Shown here in pieces: positions 51,163 through 64,000 of a stretch of DNA of 64,000 bases; the stretch's first letter is position 1; the number at the start of each line of letters is the position of its first letter. The stretch lies in assembly GCF_006345805.1 (NCBI RefSeq), contig NC_043009.1, positions 48,360,001 to 48,424,000 of the forward strand, read 5' to 3'. The stretch comes from Octopus sinensis (taxonomy: Eukaryota). Made by a program: the position numbers and the translations under genes. The notes below the pieces were generated by a model. The model did not search any database and was not told the DNA's origin. It saw only the letters and a list, made by a program, of their open reading frames with translations.

Positions 51163-52334
51163 ATATATATATTGTATGTATATGTATATATATATATGTA
51201 TATATATGTATATATGCGTGTGTGTGTGTTCTCTTAGATTCGAAGTCACTGCCAATATTTTCCTTGTAAAAGTTTATAAACATGTACTCTACTAAATGTA
51301 TTTTCTAATCCTTGAGTTTAATGTTAAATTGATTTTTCTTATATATATATAACTTGACAAAAAGCTAATGCCAACCTCTCTCACTTTTTCTTTGACTGTC
51401 TGTCTGTTTGTCTTTCACTTTCTCTCCTCCTCTAGCTCTCAATTATATATATAGATATATATATATATATATATAATATATATATATAATATATATATAT
51501 ATTGTGTGTGTGTGTATGTGTGTATACAGATGTACATATACGCATACGGTTACTGCTATATGTTTTATTTCTGGTTTGTCTTGTTGAATGACGTCGGTAT
51601 GCGTTGAAGCAAAATTTGGAAAATTTTGGTTTTTTCTGCAATGCAACACAAATATTCCATCAAACTACGACGATAAATTTTGAGCCGTCAGCTTAACGTT
51701 CGCAGCAGAGATGCAACCGCGTTACAAACCAAACCAACATCATTCTTGTGTTGGACACATTTTGCTGACGGGCAAAAAACCAAAAATTAAAAAAAAAACT
51801 TATACAACAAAAAACAATTCCTCTCTAGCAACAGTATGATTTTTTTTCTCTCCCAGTGAAGATTTCCGGTTGTAGTAATTTTTTTTATCTCCCCTTTCTT
51901 TTCCTCTTTTGTCTTTTCAATGATTTGATGTTCAATCAAATTTTCATCAAGGTGATTTTCCCATATTACTGGCAAAGAAACAAAACAAAAGCCCCCATCT
52001 ACATGATATCGGTTACTCATTGTGCGTGATTATTAATCAAGAACTGTCTCTTATCTGTATGTCAGTACGTGACAAACTATTGTCCTCTCCTTCAGTGATA
52101 ATGTAAATTTTATTTTATTTTATTGTAGTTCAGTTTTGTGAGGGAGGTTTATCTTTTCTTTTTGTTTTGTTTTGTTTTGTAAATGATTTGAAATTAGTTA
52201 AACTAAGGAGAAAATGATTGCTTCTTTTTCTTAAATTCACTTATTCGGTTATTTCTTTATTCTCACCGCGTGGTTCTGAATATTTCCAGCGAAATTACAC
52301 ACACACACACACACGCACACACACACACACACAC

Positions 52335-52365
<31 letters not shown>

Positions 52366-52640
52366 GACAGACATATATACATACATACAGACAGACGTAT
52401 ATATATATTTATTTATATATATGTATGTATATGAATGTATAAATGTATATATATGGACATATATCTACATATATATACATATAGATAAAAAAAAATGTAT
52501 TATATATATGATACATATGTACATATATATACAATACACATACACACACACATATATAGATAATATATGTAATACACACATATACACGCACTCTATCTCT
52601 CTTCATATAAATATGTATATGCGTGTGTATGCATCCGCAA

Positions 52641-52699
<59 letters not shown>

Positions 52700-53592
52700 A
52701 GTGTGTGTGTGTGTGTGTGTGTGCGTGTGTATGTCTGTATGCATGTACTTGCGGAGACACACGTATATTTACACAAACATAGAAACTAACTATACACAAA
52801 TAAATAACGAAACAAAAGTTTAAATGAATAACTAAATAAGAATGGAATAGGTTTTGAATTAATCAAAACTAAGAGGTTTAGATATTCTTTATCTTCAACG
52901 AAATCTACTTTAAGTTTGGTGTCTGTATTTTTTTCTTTTCATTGTAACTTTTTTTTTACCTTCACTCCCCTTTATCTTCACAATTCTAAGATTGTCAGAT
53001 TGATCCGTTATGCTTGAATGATTTGAATTTCTAAGTGTTAAATAAAAAGTAACCGAAGAAACAAACGTAAAAAATAGATGGTTTTAAAAGTGTTAACTTT
53101 ACAAATGTAATTTTAATGAGTTTGAGAAAATCTTCTTTAATAATATTTTCTTCATATTTTTCTATTGAGAAATAACAATTCTTTATTTTAACTAAACTCA
53201 ACAATTGTAGTTAAAACACAATTCTAGAGTGAATTAACAGATGTTATTGTCACGAATGTAGCACAAATGAATCCGGAGTTCCGAGCACCAATTATAGTAC
53301 GAATTACAAAGACTGTGAGAAAGAAAGAGATTCGACGTAATAAAGTTCTCTAGCTGTCCGGTATTTCCTTTGTCGTCCGCGTGAATTCGTAGTCCCGAGT
53401 CCCAGATATAGTACGACATATGAGGGCTGTAATAAAGGGAGAGAATCAATGCTACGAAGCTCCCTATCTACCTGATATTAATTCTATTAGCTGGAAACAT
53501 AAACAATGAATTTTATCCTGATTTGATTTGAACACAGGGCTTAAAGTATTATTAAAACAGATGTCTTTTATCTTTTTATTTTTTCAAATATT

Positions 53593-53935
53593 TTTCAGTC
53601 GTTTTGACTGTGGCTATGTTGGGGCACCAGCTTGAAGTCTTTAGTCAAAAAAATCGGCACCATTATTTATTTCTTATCAGTCTCTCTATTTAGTCTTCCA
53701 TCGTTCTTTTTTTTTTTTCGTTTTGCTGGAACACTGTGTTACGGGGACGTAAACAAACCAACACCTGTCGCCAAGCGGTGTTGGGGACAAAAAGAAACAC
53801 AAAGACACACACACACACACAGACACACATTTGATAAACGATGGTATTCTCTCAGCTTCTGTCCACCAAGTACACTACTAAGGCTTTACGTAGCCAGAGG
53901 TTGTGGTTGTGGGCATTTACCCAAGGTGCAACGCA
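53593..53935 (-). mobile_element. SINE family A, decayed
   Basis: tttcagtcgttttgactgtggctatg...acggggacgtaaacaaacc...catttacccaaggtgcaacgca. Confidence 0.75.
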
Positions 53936-54020
53936 AACTTCTCGATCCAAACAGCAATGCCCACGTCTTATATTACTTTCTCTCAAAAACATAGATTTTA
54001 GTGAAGGTATAACGTTAAAT

Positions 54021-54297
54021 GTGGAGGCTCGTGGCTTAGTGGTTAGGGTGTCAGCATCATGATCGTAAGATTGTGGTTTCGATTCCTGGACCGGGCGACG
54101 CGTTGTGTTCTTGAGCAAAACACTTCATTTCACGTTGCTCCAGTACACTCAGCTAGCAAAAATGAGTAACGCTGCTATGAACAGGCGTCCTGTCCAGCTG
54201 AGGAACACATACGCCATTGAACCGGGGAAACCGGGCCCATGATCCTGGCTAGGCTTTGAAGGGGCGCATTTATTTATTTGTTTATTTATTTATTTAT
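54021..54297 (+). mobile_element. tRNA-headed SINE family C, full length, with target-site duplication
   Basis: A box tggcttagtgg, B box ggtttcgattcc, (ttta)n tail; flanks tataacgttaaat and tatatcgttaaat (12/13). Confidence 0.92.
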
Positions 54298-54701
54298 TAT
54301 ATCGTTAAATATAACGACTTCAGTAATCCATTTGCATTTGTTGTACCGCTCCCCAAATGGCAAAATACTAAAACCATATTGTTGTGTTTGGGAAACCACA
54401 ATCTAAAGGATAGTCTCAAAATACCGCTGAGAATTTTATCCAGTATTCTACTGTTTCTCCCAGTTCAAATCCTCGGAGACCTATATGACATTTATAATAA
54501 AGAAGCCAGCAAAAACGGCAAAGCTGGCAGAAGTATTCACGCGTTAGACAAAGAGCTTAGCGGCATTTCTTTTGTGTTCAAAACCTATCAAGTTCAACTT
54601 TGCTTTTCAGCCATTCGGGGCTCAAAGTACAAATAACGAACTGAAAGTACAAATAACGAACTTGCTATGTTTCCTCATATTGGCTGTCCTTGTTCTAAAC
54701 C

Positions 54702-55115
54702 TACTCTTTTACTTGTTTCAGGAATTTGACTGTGGCCATGCTGGAGCACTGCCTTTTAGTCGAGCAAATCGACCCCAGGACTTATTCTTTGTAAGCCTAG
54801 TACTTATTCTATCGGTCTCTTTTGCCGAACCGCTAAGTTACGGGGGACATAAACACGCGAGCATCGGTTGTGAAGCGATGTTGGGAGGGGGGAAGACAAA
54901 CATGGACACACAAACATATACACACATACCCACATATATATATACATATATACGGCGGGCTTCTTTCAGTTTCCGTCTACCAAATCCACTCACAAGGCTT
55001 TCGTCGGCCCGAGGCTATAGTAGAAAACACTTCCCAAAGTGCCACGCAGTGGGACTGAACCCGGAATCATGTCGTTCGTAAGCAAGCTACTTACCACATA
55101 GACACTTCTACGCCT
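54702..55115 (-). mobile_element. SINE family A, full length
   Basis: Complete tail, microsatellite and head. Confidence 0.92.
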
Positions 55116-55865
55116 ATAAAGAATGGTTATGAAGCTCCTAAAGGCGTTGCGTAGGCAGAATCTTTGGTGCGTCGGACAAAGTGCTGAGCAGCATATATTT
55201 CCCCCTCTTTCCGTTCTGAATTCAAATACCAACGACGTCAATTTCGCTTTGTTTTTTTCCTTCTTTCAGGGCCCATAAAATAAAATACCTGTCAAGTACT
55301 GAGGTGGAAGAAATCCAGTTGTTCCCCTCCTTCAAAATTGCTGTCCTTGAATCAGAATTAGACAGAAGAATTACGAAGTCACTAAATTTCAAAGTTTATA
55401 AATATTCATTCTCAGTTTACTGAGAATTTATCCGTCTCAGATGTGAATTTTATTCCATCGTTGTTTACAACAAATATTTGTTCACTTTTTAAATGCTGAA
55501 TAATTTAAATAACTATTTAGCATATCTTTGTTATTTACATAAACTGCTATAAATGATTCTTACTTAGCCTTTTATCCCTCCGGGCTCGATATATTTAAAT
55601 ACCAGTCGAGCATTGAGGTCGATAGTATCGACCAGCTGTTTCCTCAATGAATTACTGACCTTGTGCCTAAATTAGAAACCATTAACTTTTTTTTCTTTTT
55701 CGCCGTCAGGGAATTAGTAGTGTCATTTGAGCGGCGGATAGAATGCTTCACGATATTTATTCCGATACTTGGCTCTTTGAGTTCAAATCCCACGGGGGTA
55801 AACGTTGCATGTCATCTTTCCAGGATCGATAAAGTGTTGGGTTGATAGAAATGTAAGCACGTGAA

Positions 55866-56525
55866 GGTGGCGAGCTGGTAGAATCGTTTGCACGCCGGGC
55901 GAAATGCTTAGCGGTATTTCGTATGCCGTTACGTTCTGAGTTCAAATTCCGCCGAGGTCGACTTTGCCTTTCATGCTTTCGGGGTCGATAAATTAAGTAC
56001 CAGTTGCGCACTGGGGTCGATGTAATCGACTTAATCCGTTTTTCTGTCCTTGTTTGTCCTCTCTGTGTTTAGCCTCTTGTGGGTAGTAAAGAAATAGGTA
56101 TTTCGTCTACCGTTACGTTCTGAGTTCAAATTCCGCTGAGGTCGACTTTGTCTTTCATCCTTTCGGGGTCGATAAATTAAGTACCAGTTACGCACTGGGG
56201 TCGATGTAATCGACTTAATCCATCTGTCTGTCCTTGTTTCTCCCCTCTATGTTTAGCTCCTTGTAGGCAGTAAAGAAATGATATATTATTTCTTTATTTG
56301 AAGGCGGTGAGCTGTTAGCACGCCGGGCGAAATGCTAAGCGGTATTCCGTCTGCCGCTACGTTCTGAGTTCAAATTCCTCTGAGGTCGACTTTGCCTTTC
56401 AACCTTTCGGAGTCGATTAAATAAGTACCAGTTACGCACTGGGGTCGATGTAATCGACTTAATCCGTTCGTCTCTCCTTGCTTGTCCCCTCTGTGTGTAA
56501 CCCCTTGTGGGCAGTAAAGAAATAA
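55866..56525 (+). repeat. SINE family B array: head plus 2 x 184-bp units, then a second headed copy
   Basis: ggtatttcgt anchors at 55913 and 56097; new head aaggcggtgagctg at about 56301. Confidence 0.92.
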
Positions 56526-58873
56526 GAAATGTACGCACGAGAGTCCGGATGACTTGCGGTGTCTGTAGCGGCTCTTTGCATCCCGAATTCAAATACCACT
56601 ATGGCCTAGTTGTATATTTGACATTATACGTGAGTCAGTTTAAAACTATTACCTGGTTAACTCGACTCCACTCTAGTGCAAGCTCTTCAATTTGAGGATA
56701 CGATCCTTTCCCTCATCAGCCTTGGAGGCCCTATACGAATCATCGATGCTGCCTTGAATCCTGACTTTCAACCATAATTGATCCGACTTATGGCTGAGCG
56801 ATTCTTAGTGTTGACTATCCTGTCCTTTAATTTCAAATCAAAGTGTCTAGGATTACATTTCTCGCACTTCCTCTGTACAACAGGGTCTGGTTTGAGGAAG
56901 ATATATCTGTTATATCTAGTAGTTGAGAAATAACCTAGAGGCTTTTATATTGGTTCGTTAAGTTTCAACGATGTGAAAAAGACAGTCAAAACTAACTTCT
57001 AAACATGTCATGAATTGGTATGATTGTTTGGAAAGGAAGTCTTCAGTCATGCCCCAAAGACTCAAGACATAACAATGTACTATGAATAATGGTTTTTATA
57101 TGGAAATTAGAATCTAGAATTACATTCTCCAAAATGAGAATACTAAAGCTACTGGGTTTTTACCATAAAACATCCTATTAAATTATGAATTAAATAATTA
57201 TAGTTTTATGCAATAGGTACTATGCTTTACAAGTAACATTTTGAGACAGAAAAGAGAAAGACCCCTACAGACGAGAGTATGTTGTAATATATATAATATA
57301 ATTGCTAATGCAGTCGCCCACCCGGCAATAAATACGTGTTTTGATCCCCGTTAATGGGTTTGATTCTCATAGCCGTTTGAAATTGGTGTTTATAATGTCT
57401 ACTGTTATACTAGTAAATTCTAGTATCATATATCAAAGTATCTAGGCATACAGATCAATAGGTTAACCTTTCAGCTTCAATGCTATTCTATCACATTTTT
57501 ATTATTTTATATTATTTGTTTTTTATCCTGGTTTGTCTTAATAATTTCTATATCCATTCTATATCTATTTCTCACCCTGATATTACAATGGGATGATCAA
57601 TGATATTACTGTTCTGCATGATTATTGCTGAATAATAGATACAATTTGTTCTTACGTAATTTTGGCTACTGAATCGAAAAATCATATTAGCTTGCTATAT
57701 AGATTTTCATACAAAGAATTGTGTTTGAGTGTTAAGAAATTAGCCGAGCTATAGAGAGCCGTAGCGAACCGAGATAATATAATCTTTCTTTATACATTTT
57801 TATCAATGTTACCAGTAATTATTCCTTCATATCTAAGTGTTCAATTCAAAATTCTTTTATATTCTAAACAACATAGCATCATATACGTTGCAGACATGAC
57901 TGCGTCATTAATACGATGTAGGCATGGCTCTGTGGTTAAGAAGCTGGCTTTTAAAAACAACTTGGTTTTGAGTTCGAAACCTGCACATCATACATTGGAC
58001 AGTCGTCTTCTAATATAACCGCGGTATGGTCAGTGCATTGTGAGCGGAATTTATTAGACAGGAGCCGTGCTGACTATCATGGTATGTCTATTTATTATTG
58101 TGTGTTTGTATATACATACATACATACATACATACATACATACATACATAATACATACATACATACATACATACATACATGCATGCATGCATGCATGCAT
58201 GCATGCATGCATGCATGCATACATACATACATACAAACATACATACAAAGCTGAAGATCAGTGAAAAACAGAATACCTATGCTGAACTATTGAGAGGGCT
58301 GTACTTGCTGTATCTGGATTACAAGTTCAGGTTTGTACCTGAAATTAATGAGGCACTGAGATATGTAACGAAACTACCTAAATGCCAATCTTGAGAAATT
58401 AGGCTTCTCAAAACGAAAATGCAGACAGCTGATTCGAAGACTACAGGTCCAAGCCATCGCTGGAACTGTATACACCTGTAAAACTTTCCAGAAGATTACC
58501 ATTCAAGTATATGTGAGCATGTTTAGATATGGAAGTATATGCACGAAAAGACATACATAAAAAAATTCATACACATTCATACACACATATCAATCACAAT
58601 ACTTATCCTTTTAGAGCCAAGTACTTATTCTATCGTCCCTTTTGGAGAAACGTTAGCTTATGAGTACGTAAGCACACCGACACCGACTGTCAAGAGTGGT
58701 GAGGGACAAGCACAGCACAAAGACGCACACACACACACACGTATATATATATATATACACAGAAAATTGTCAGTTTTATAAGGTGAAGTCTATAATAAAG
58801 ATATAATTTTCTCTGTACGTATTTATTGTTATGTACATACATATATATAAATATATATATATACACACACACA

Positions 58874-58931
<58 letters not shown>

Positions 58932-58946
58932 CATATATATATATGC

Positions 58947-58995
<49 letters not shown>

Positions 58996-58997
58996 AT

Positions 58998-59060
58998 TTA
59001 TGTGACAGTTCATTCACCGTATCCTGCATAAATATATGTGTGTATATGTATATTATATAT

Positions 59061-59124
<64 letters not shown>

Positions 59125-59169
59125 GACACATATATTTATGCAGGATACGGTGAATGAACTGTCACATAA
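58998..59169. repeat. Fold-back palindrome centred on (TA)n
   Basis: ttatgtgacagttcattcaccgtatcctgcataaatatatgtgt is exactly mirrored by acacatatatttatgcaggatacggtgaatgaactgtcacataa. Confidence 0.93.
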
Positions 59170-59973
59170 TTACGCAAAAATGAAAATAGTTACCAACATT
59201 ACATAAAAAACATCTTGAAATATAACGAGTAAATTTATTCAATAAGACCACGGCCTCCAGACGAATTCGGAATCTCCTGCAACTCTTTTGAGCGGTGTCT
59301 TTGTTTTAAGTTAGAGCATGCTGCTATAATTATTGCCTTCAGTTCATCTTTGGTGTCACAAGTTTTGTTGGTCTCCCGCTCAACTGCGTCCCACACATAG
59401 TAACCAAAGGGGTTGCAGTCTGGGAAGTAAGGTTGCCAGACGTTAGTGGTAATGTGGTCGCAGAAATTATCTGACAGCTATGACTGGGTTCTCCTGCGTG
59501 TGTGGCATGGTGCAGAATCCTGTTGCCAGACATAGGGTCTTCCAGCAGCCACCCTCTTGAACCAGGGCAGCACTACCTCCACCAAGCACTTGATGTAGGT
59601 CTCTGTGTTGAGTCTGAAGCTATGTGGGAAGATGAATGGAGGCATAACGTCACCATCACTAGTAATAACTCAACATACCATGATATTGACTGGATACGAT
59701 TTTATCACTCTCGGTACATGTCCTCAGATTGCACTGTCCCCAGATTAACAACCAAGCACTCTGAAATGTTCATATTGGAGCTGCCAGCGCAAGTGTCAAG
59801 CAGTACAGCATATCGTTTCCAAATTTCTAGCAAATTGACCTACGTCACGGTGCTGTTTTTCTTACAGACGGTGCCTAACTGACCCTACTATACTGTTTAT
59901 TCGACAAAATCAGAAACAAACAATGTATGAAATTAAAAATTTTAAATGACGACAATTTACCCCTCGCACCATG
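59139..59973 (-). mobile_element. Internally deleted DD37D (maT-type) Tc1/mariner element, catalytic domain remnant
   Basis: About 59690-59230 on the minus strand: VITSDGDVMPPFIFPHSFRLNTETYIKCLVEVVLPWFKRVAAGRPYVWQQDSAPCHTRRRTQS*LSDNFCDHITTNVWQPYFPDCNPFGYYVWDAVERETNK...DELKAIIIAA...CRRFRIRLEAVV. 37 residues separate the QQD aspartate from the position of the third D (here G). Ends only loosely TIR-like. Confidence 0.88.
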
Positions 59974-59989
59974 TATATATATGTATATA

Positions 59990-60049
<60 letters not shown>

Positions 60050-60104
60050 TACATACATACATACATACATACATACATACATACATACATACATACATAC
60101 ATAC

Positions 60105-60230
60105 AATGGGATTCTGTGTACCAAATCCACTCACAAACTTTGGCCGGCCCCAAGCTCTAGTAGGAAACACTCATCTAAGCTGATACACAGTGGGACGGAA
60201 CCCGGAACCACTTCTTACTACATAGCAACG
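60105..60230 (-). mobile_element. SINE family A head, truncated
   Basis: taccaaatccactcacaaac...acacagtgggacggaacccggaacca. Confidence 0.75.
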
Positions 60231-60671
60231 CCTATGGAAATATGTAACGCTTCACGAATTTCCGTGTCATTCGTAATCCCTCGCCCAGCTTAAATGAGCA
60301 AGGCAAATGAAAATATACGAAAATGAAGACATTTGAAAGATACCCCCAAATATAATTTGCAGAACTTTATACATACTGTCTTTCGGGTGAGCGTTCTGTG
60401 TCTAGTTCTGGAAATTGTGTTTTGTAAGCGACAGACTACGCTGAAGAGTTTGCAGATATTTACATTGGTAAATATTAACAAACGAAACCACGGTGTGTAG
60501 GTAATCAGTTTCTATTTCGTATATTCTCATTTGTCTTGCTCATTTTTACATTCTGGCGTTTGCTTAAATTTTCTTGAGAACACATTCTTCGTGGTAAGGC
60601 GATTTGACGTCTATCTTTAGCATATTAGGAATCCACTTTGGCGGTAATTCCTCTTAAATTATGCGTGTATA

Positions 60672-60748
<77 letters not shown>

Positions 60749-60759
60749 TTACGTGTGTA

Positions 60760-60975
60760 TATCTTTGTGCCTGCGTTTATCCCTGGTCACCGATTGACAA
60801 CTAATGCCAGTGTCGTTACTTCACCGTAACGTAGCAGTTCGGCAAAATAAATCGATATACTAAGTACCAGGCTTAAAACTTTTAAAATATAATACTGTGT
60901 TTCATTCACTCGACTAAAATTTTTCAATGCAATGCTCCAGCATGGCCGTAGTCTAATGACTGAAGCAAGTGCAAA
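60760..60975 (+). mobile_element. SINE family A tail, decayed
   Basis: cgattgacaactaatgccagtg...cagttcggcaaaa...tgctccagcatggccgtagtctaatgactgaagcaagt. Confidence 0.8.
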
Positions 60976-61149
60976 GACAAAATATCTAATCAGGGTATCA
61001 ATCGAATGGTTCAGTGACACTTGAGTTAATTTCTGATTTATTTGGTCTGAGATAAAAATGTTGCTCTTGTTGCGATTGTGGTCGCTTATACCAAGGTAAA
61101 ACGTGATCGAGAAAGCCTATGCGAAAAGATGTCCCAATTCTGACTTACT

Positions 61150-61471
61150 AGCACCAACTTGGCCAACTCGAATTGCATTGCGGGCTATAGCAAGATTTTG
61201 GAGTACCGTTTTTATACTTTATACACTAATAGTAAAAAAAAAATCAAATTACAGAATCAAGAATTTTTCATACTTTTTGTTTGTTTAAAATCATGAAGAT
61301 ATTGCTTTATTGCCACTTACCAATTTTAAATTTATTTTGAAACTAATGTTTTACTCAAACAATTCTATTTTGAAATTAAACACAGAAAATTTCAAGAAAG
61401 TATCAAGCAGGCCGAAAGATAAAAGTCTGCGGGATACATGCAGCTCGCGAGCCTCAGGCTGGCCAGCCCTG
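61150..61471 (-). mobile_element. Probable hAT (Charlie-like) MITE
   Basis: Minus strand from 61471 reads cagggctggccagcctgaggctcgcgagctgcatg, a Charlie/SPIN-like terminus, flanked by atctagat (TCTAGA-type target). Other end (ttggccaac...gcgggc, about 61158-61185) is poorly preserved. Confidence 0.5.
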
Positions 61472-62175
61472 ATCTAGATCAAGTTTCATTTTCAGAGATA
61501 ATGTATTTACAGGTATTTTATCGAAAGCATTCTTTTATATTTCATGCTGAAGGAGTAAGATTTAGGATAAATTTAACTGTTATTTCTAGCATGTTTTGCA
61601 AATACATAATAGCTGGTGCTTGTCGTAAATTGCTGTTGTCATTTATTAAACCTTAGGCTGGCTTTCTTCATTCATAATAACAGCAAAGATCTATATATGA
61701 ACATCTGTTGAATGAATGGAGACCTTTTATTGAGAATACGAATAGAAATCAGAAAAATGTGTTTTTTTATTGCACAATCAAAGTAACCTGGCAACAGATT
61801 CAGTTGGTCATTGATATTACTGAAGGAATGTTAAGCACAATGAACCGCTAGAGGTTACGAGTTTGCTGTAGTCGGAAAAATATTTCATATTTCTATGTTA
61901 ACTATTGATCAATAGTAAATGTTCAGAAGTAACTGAAGAAAAGGTTATATACTGGAAACATTTGTTTCTTTCATGAATGAATTAACTGCAAATATTTTCA
62001 ATGATTGCAAGCAGTAATTTAAGGCGGGCCAAAACAAACAGATCTGTTCTTTTGTTTATTTCATGATCACGTGCTATTACTATACAATAAAGAAATTTGT
62101 TTCTATTGCAACAAGTTCTTATTTATATTACGTTCTAGTCACACAGTAAAACCTCAGGAATATATACATTAGATA

Positions 62176-62560
62176 TTACATAACTTTACTTGTGACCCTC
62201 TTCGGTCATGAATGACAATGGGATTGCACCTAGAAAGTTACCCTCCGAGGCACAAGTCTGGGCAAGCTTGTTTGTGGAAGACCAGCAGTCGCCCACGCAT
62301 ACCAGCCTCCCCCTCTCCACGCCACCGATGTTATCCAAGTGAAAGTCAAAGGCCGATACAGCTTGGTACCAGTGACGTCGCAGCTTATTTATTAACGTGC
62401 AAGTGGCTGAGCACTCCACAGACACGTGTACCCTTAACGTAGTTCTCAAGGAGATTCAGCGTGACACAGAGTGCGACAAGTCTGGCCCTTTGAAATACAG
62501 GTACAATAGAAACAGGAAGAGAGAGTGAGAGAAAGTTGTGGTGAAAGAGTACAGCTGAGT
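62176..62560 (-). mobile_element. SINE family D 3' part abutting a family E-type body
   Basis: 62176-62390 matches 10045-10165; 62395-62560 shares segments with about 3110-3140 and 31400-31440. Confidence 0.7.
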
Positions 62561-63039
62561 TGTAGTAAAGGAATAGGTATTTTAGCAATTTAAGCATTTC
62601 CCTCGATTACCAGATGTGTACTAGTTAATAACAAATGGCCTAGTAACACACAGCAGGTTTGTGTGTGTGTGCGTGTGTACGAGAGAGCGATAAAGAGAGA
62701 GGAAAATAAAGAGAGTGAGAGAAAAAGAAAGAGAAATTGCACATGACGCGAATGTTTCCTTACATCCACATCGATGCGCTGCAACTGGATTCGATAAGCT
62801 GTAGCACATCGGCCGTTGCATAAGATCTTTCCTAAGACTACCCATTTTCAGTGAGAGAAGACAAGATTTGAACTGAGAACGGAGATATCTAAAACAAATA
62901 CCATAACGTAGCCAGTCCAACGCTCCATAAATACTTCTTATACACCGTCCTGGATTGTCACTAAACTGACCATGAAAGGCAATAATAATCTCAGTAGGAA
63001 TTGAACTTTGAACCATAAATTGGAAATTAGTGCTTGATA

Positions 63040-63405
63040 ACTTAGCCAACAATTCTAACGACTTTTGCCATTCCAGCACCTGTATTCTGTCAATTAATAT
63101 AACATCTAGGCATTGTGCTAGAACAGTGGTCTGCCTGTCGGACCAAAAGCTTAGCGGCATTTTTTTTGTTCTATATTCCGAGCTCAGATTCTGCCGGAGT
63201 CAACTGTGCTGTTCAACCTTTCAGAATCGATGAAACAAGTAGAACTTGAGCACTGGGGTTGACATACTTAATTAGTCCACTCCTCTCAAAATTTCAAGCA
63301 TTGTGCCTGTAGTATAAAGAAATATCCTTTCAAGGATCGCTAAAATAAGAACCAGTTGAGCCTTGGGGATCGATGTTATCGACTAAACATCTCCGACTTG
63401 AATTT
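63040..63405 (+). mobile_element. Two decayed SINE family B-like copies
   Basis: gcttagcggcatt...gagtcaactgtgctgttcaacctttcag...gagcactggggttgac...aaatttcaagcattgtgcct; a second ccagttgag..ggggatcgatgttatcgact follows. Confidence 0.6.
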
Positions 63406-63424
63406 CAAGCCACGCACCTATAGA

Positions 63425-63680
63425 AGAAAGAATTAATATAACTAATTGATATATACACTGCCAATTAACATACAATATATTGACATACAGGCTATCAATT
63501 AATATAACAACTATTAATTGACATATACACTCCCAATTTATACAACTATATATATTAATTGATGTATACATTACGAATTAATGCAACTATATATTAATTG
63601 CTATATTCATTACTAATTAATACAACACTATATTAATTGATGTATATAATATCAATTAATATAACAACATTTATTAACCG
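63425..63680. repeat. Diverged AT-rich minisatellite, unit about 40 bp
   Basis: Recurring aattaata(t/c)aac..tattaattga(t/c)(a/g)tatac blocks, about 6 copies. Confidence 0.7.
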
Positions 63681-64000
63681 GAAGCACAAGTGGTACTTCG
63701 TTTCTTAGCCTACAAGAAATAGTAAAGAAATCTTCTTCAAATATATATATTAAAAAAAACTATTCTTCAATAAGTAAGATCCCATCGAATACGCTTTAAA
63801 AGCCGAGATGAATGTGCTTCGAAAGCTTTTGGTCAAAGGGGTGTTCAATGAAAATTGATCTATTTGTTAAATTTCAACAAAAGAATTTAGAGTGGCAGAG
63901 TGGCCGTGTGGACAAGGAAAAATAAAAATAAAAATAATAGCTGAGAAGATGGTCAGTTTTAGTTTGTGATATGGCCCTGACGAAACCGAATAATCTCCAG

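Noticed and set aside
54021-54100. tRNA-like head that could be called a tRNA gene
   Set aside because: Acceptor stem does not close, and it continues into a SINE body with TSDs; same for the other SINE heads and the tRNA-like piece at 25935-25985.
63973-64000. ggcc-CTGACGA at the window end, possible hammerhead start
   Set aside because: The GAAA half would lie outside the window; cannot be evaluated.

Overview
AT-rich, microsatellite-saturated eukaryotic genomic DNA. The SINE families look like those of octopod cephalopods (Octopus); this is my recollection of those families, not a database hit. I found no host protein-coding exon I can support, so the window reads as intergenic or deep intronic. 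Almost all ORFs in the track are translations of (TA)n, (CA)n or (TATG)n repeats or antisense to repeats. Supported content: one intact tRNA-Glu(CTC) gene (30846-30917, minus); dozens of tRNA-headed SINE copies of at least four families (labelled A-E here, not official names), some with clear target-site duplications and some in 184-bp tandem arrays; fossils of three mariner elements, one DD37D (maT-type) element, a Penelope-like element (PLE), two RTE-type LINE pieces, a non-autonomous Helitron and a probable hAT MITE; several tandem duplications (3x313 bp, 2x912 bp, 4x~136 bp, 4x~104 bp); four fold-back structures; and a 100-N scaffold gap. The most interesting signal is a set of minimal type I hammerhead-ribozyme-like motifs from several distinct short repeat families. 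One has the conserved C3-G8 core pair swapped to G3-C8 and sits inside a 119-bp inverted repeat. All folds, alignments and coordinates were worked out by eye; ends of decayed repeats are approximate.
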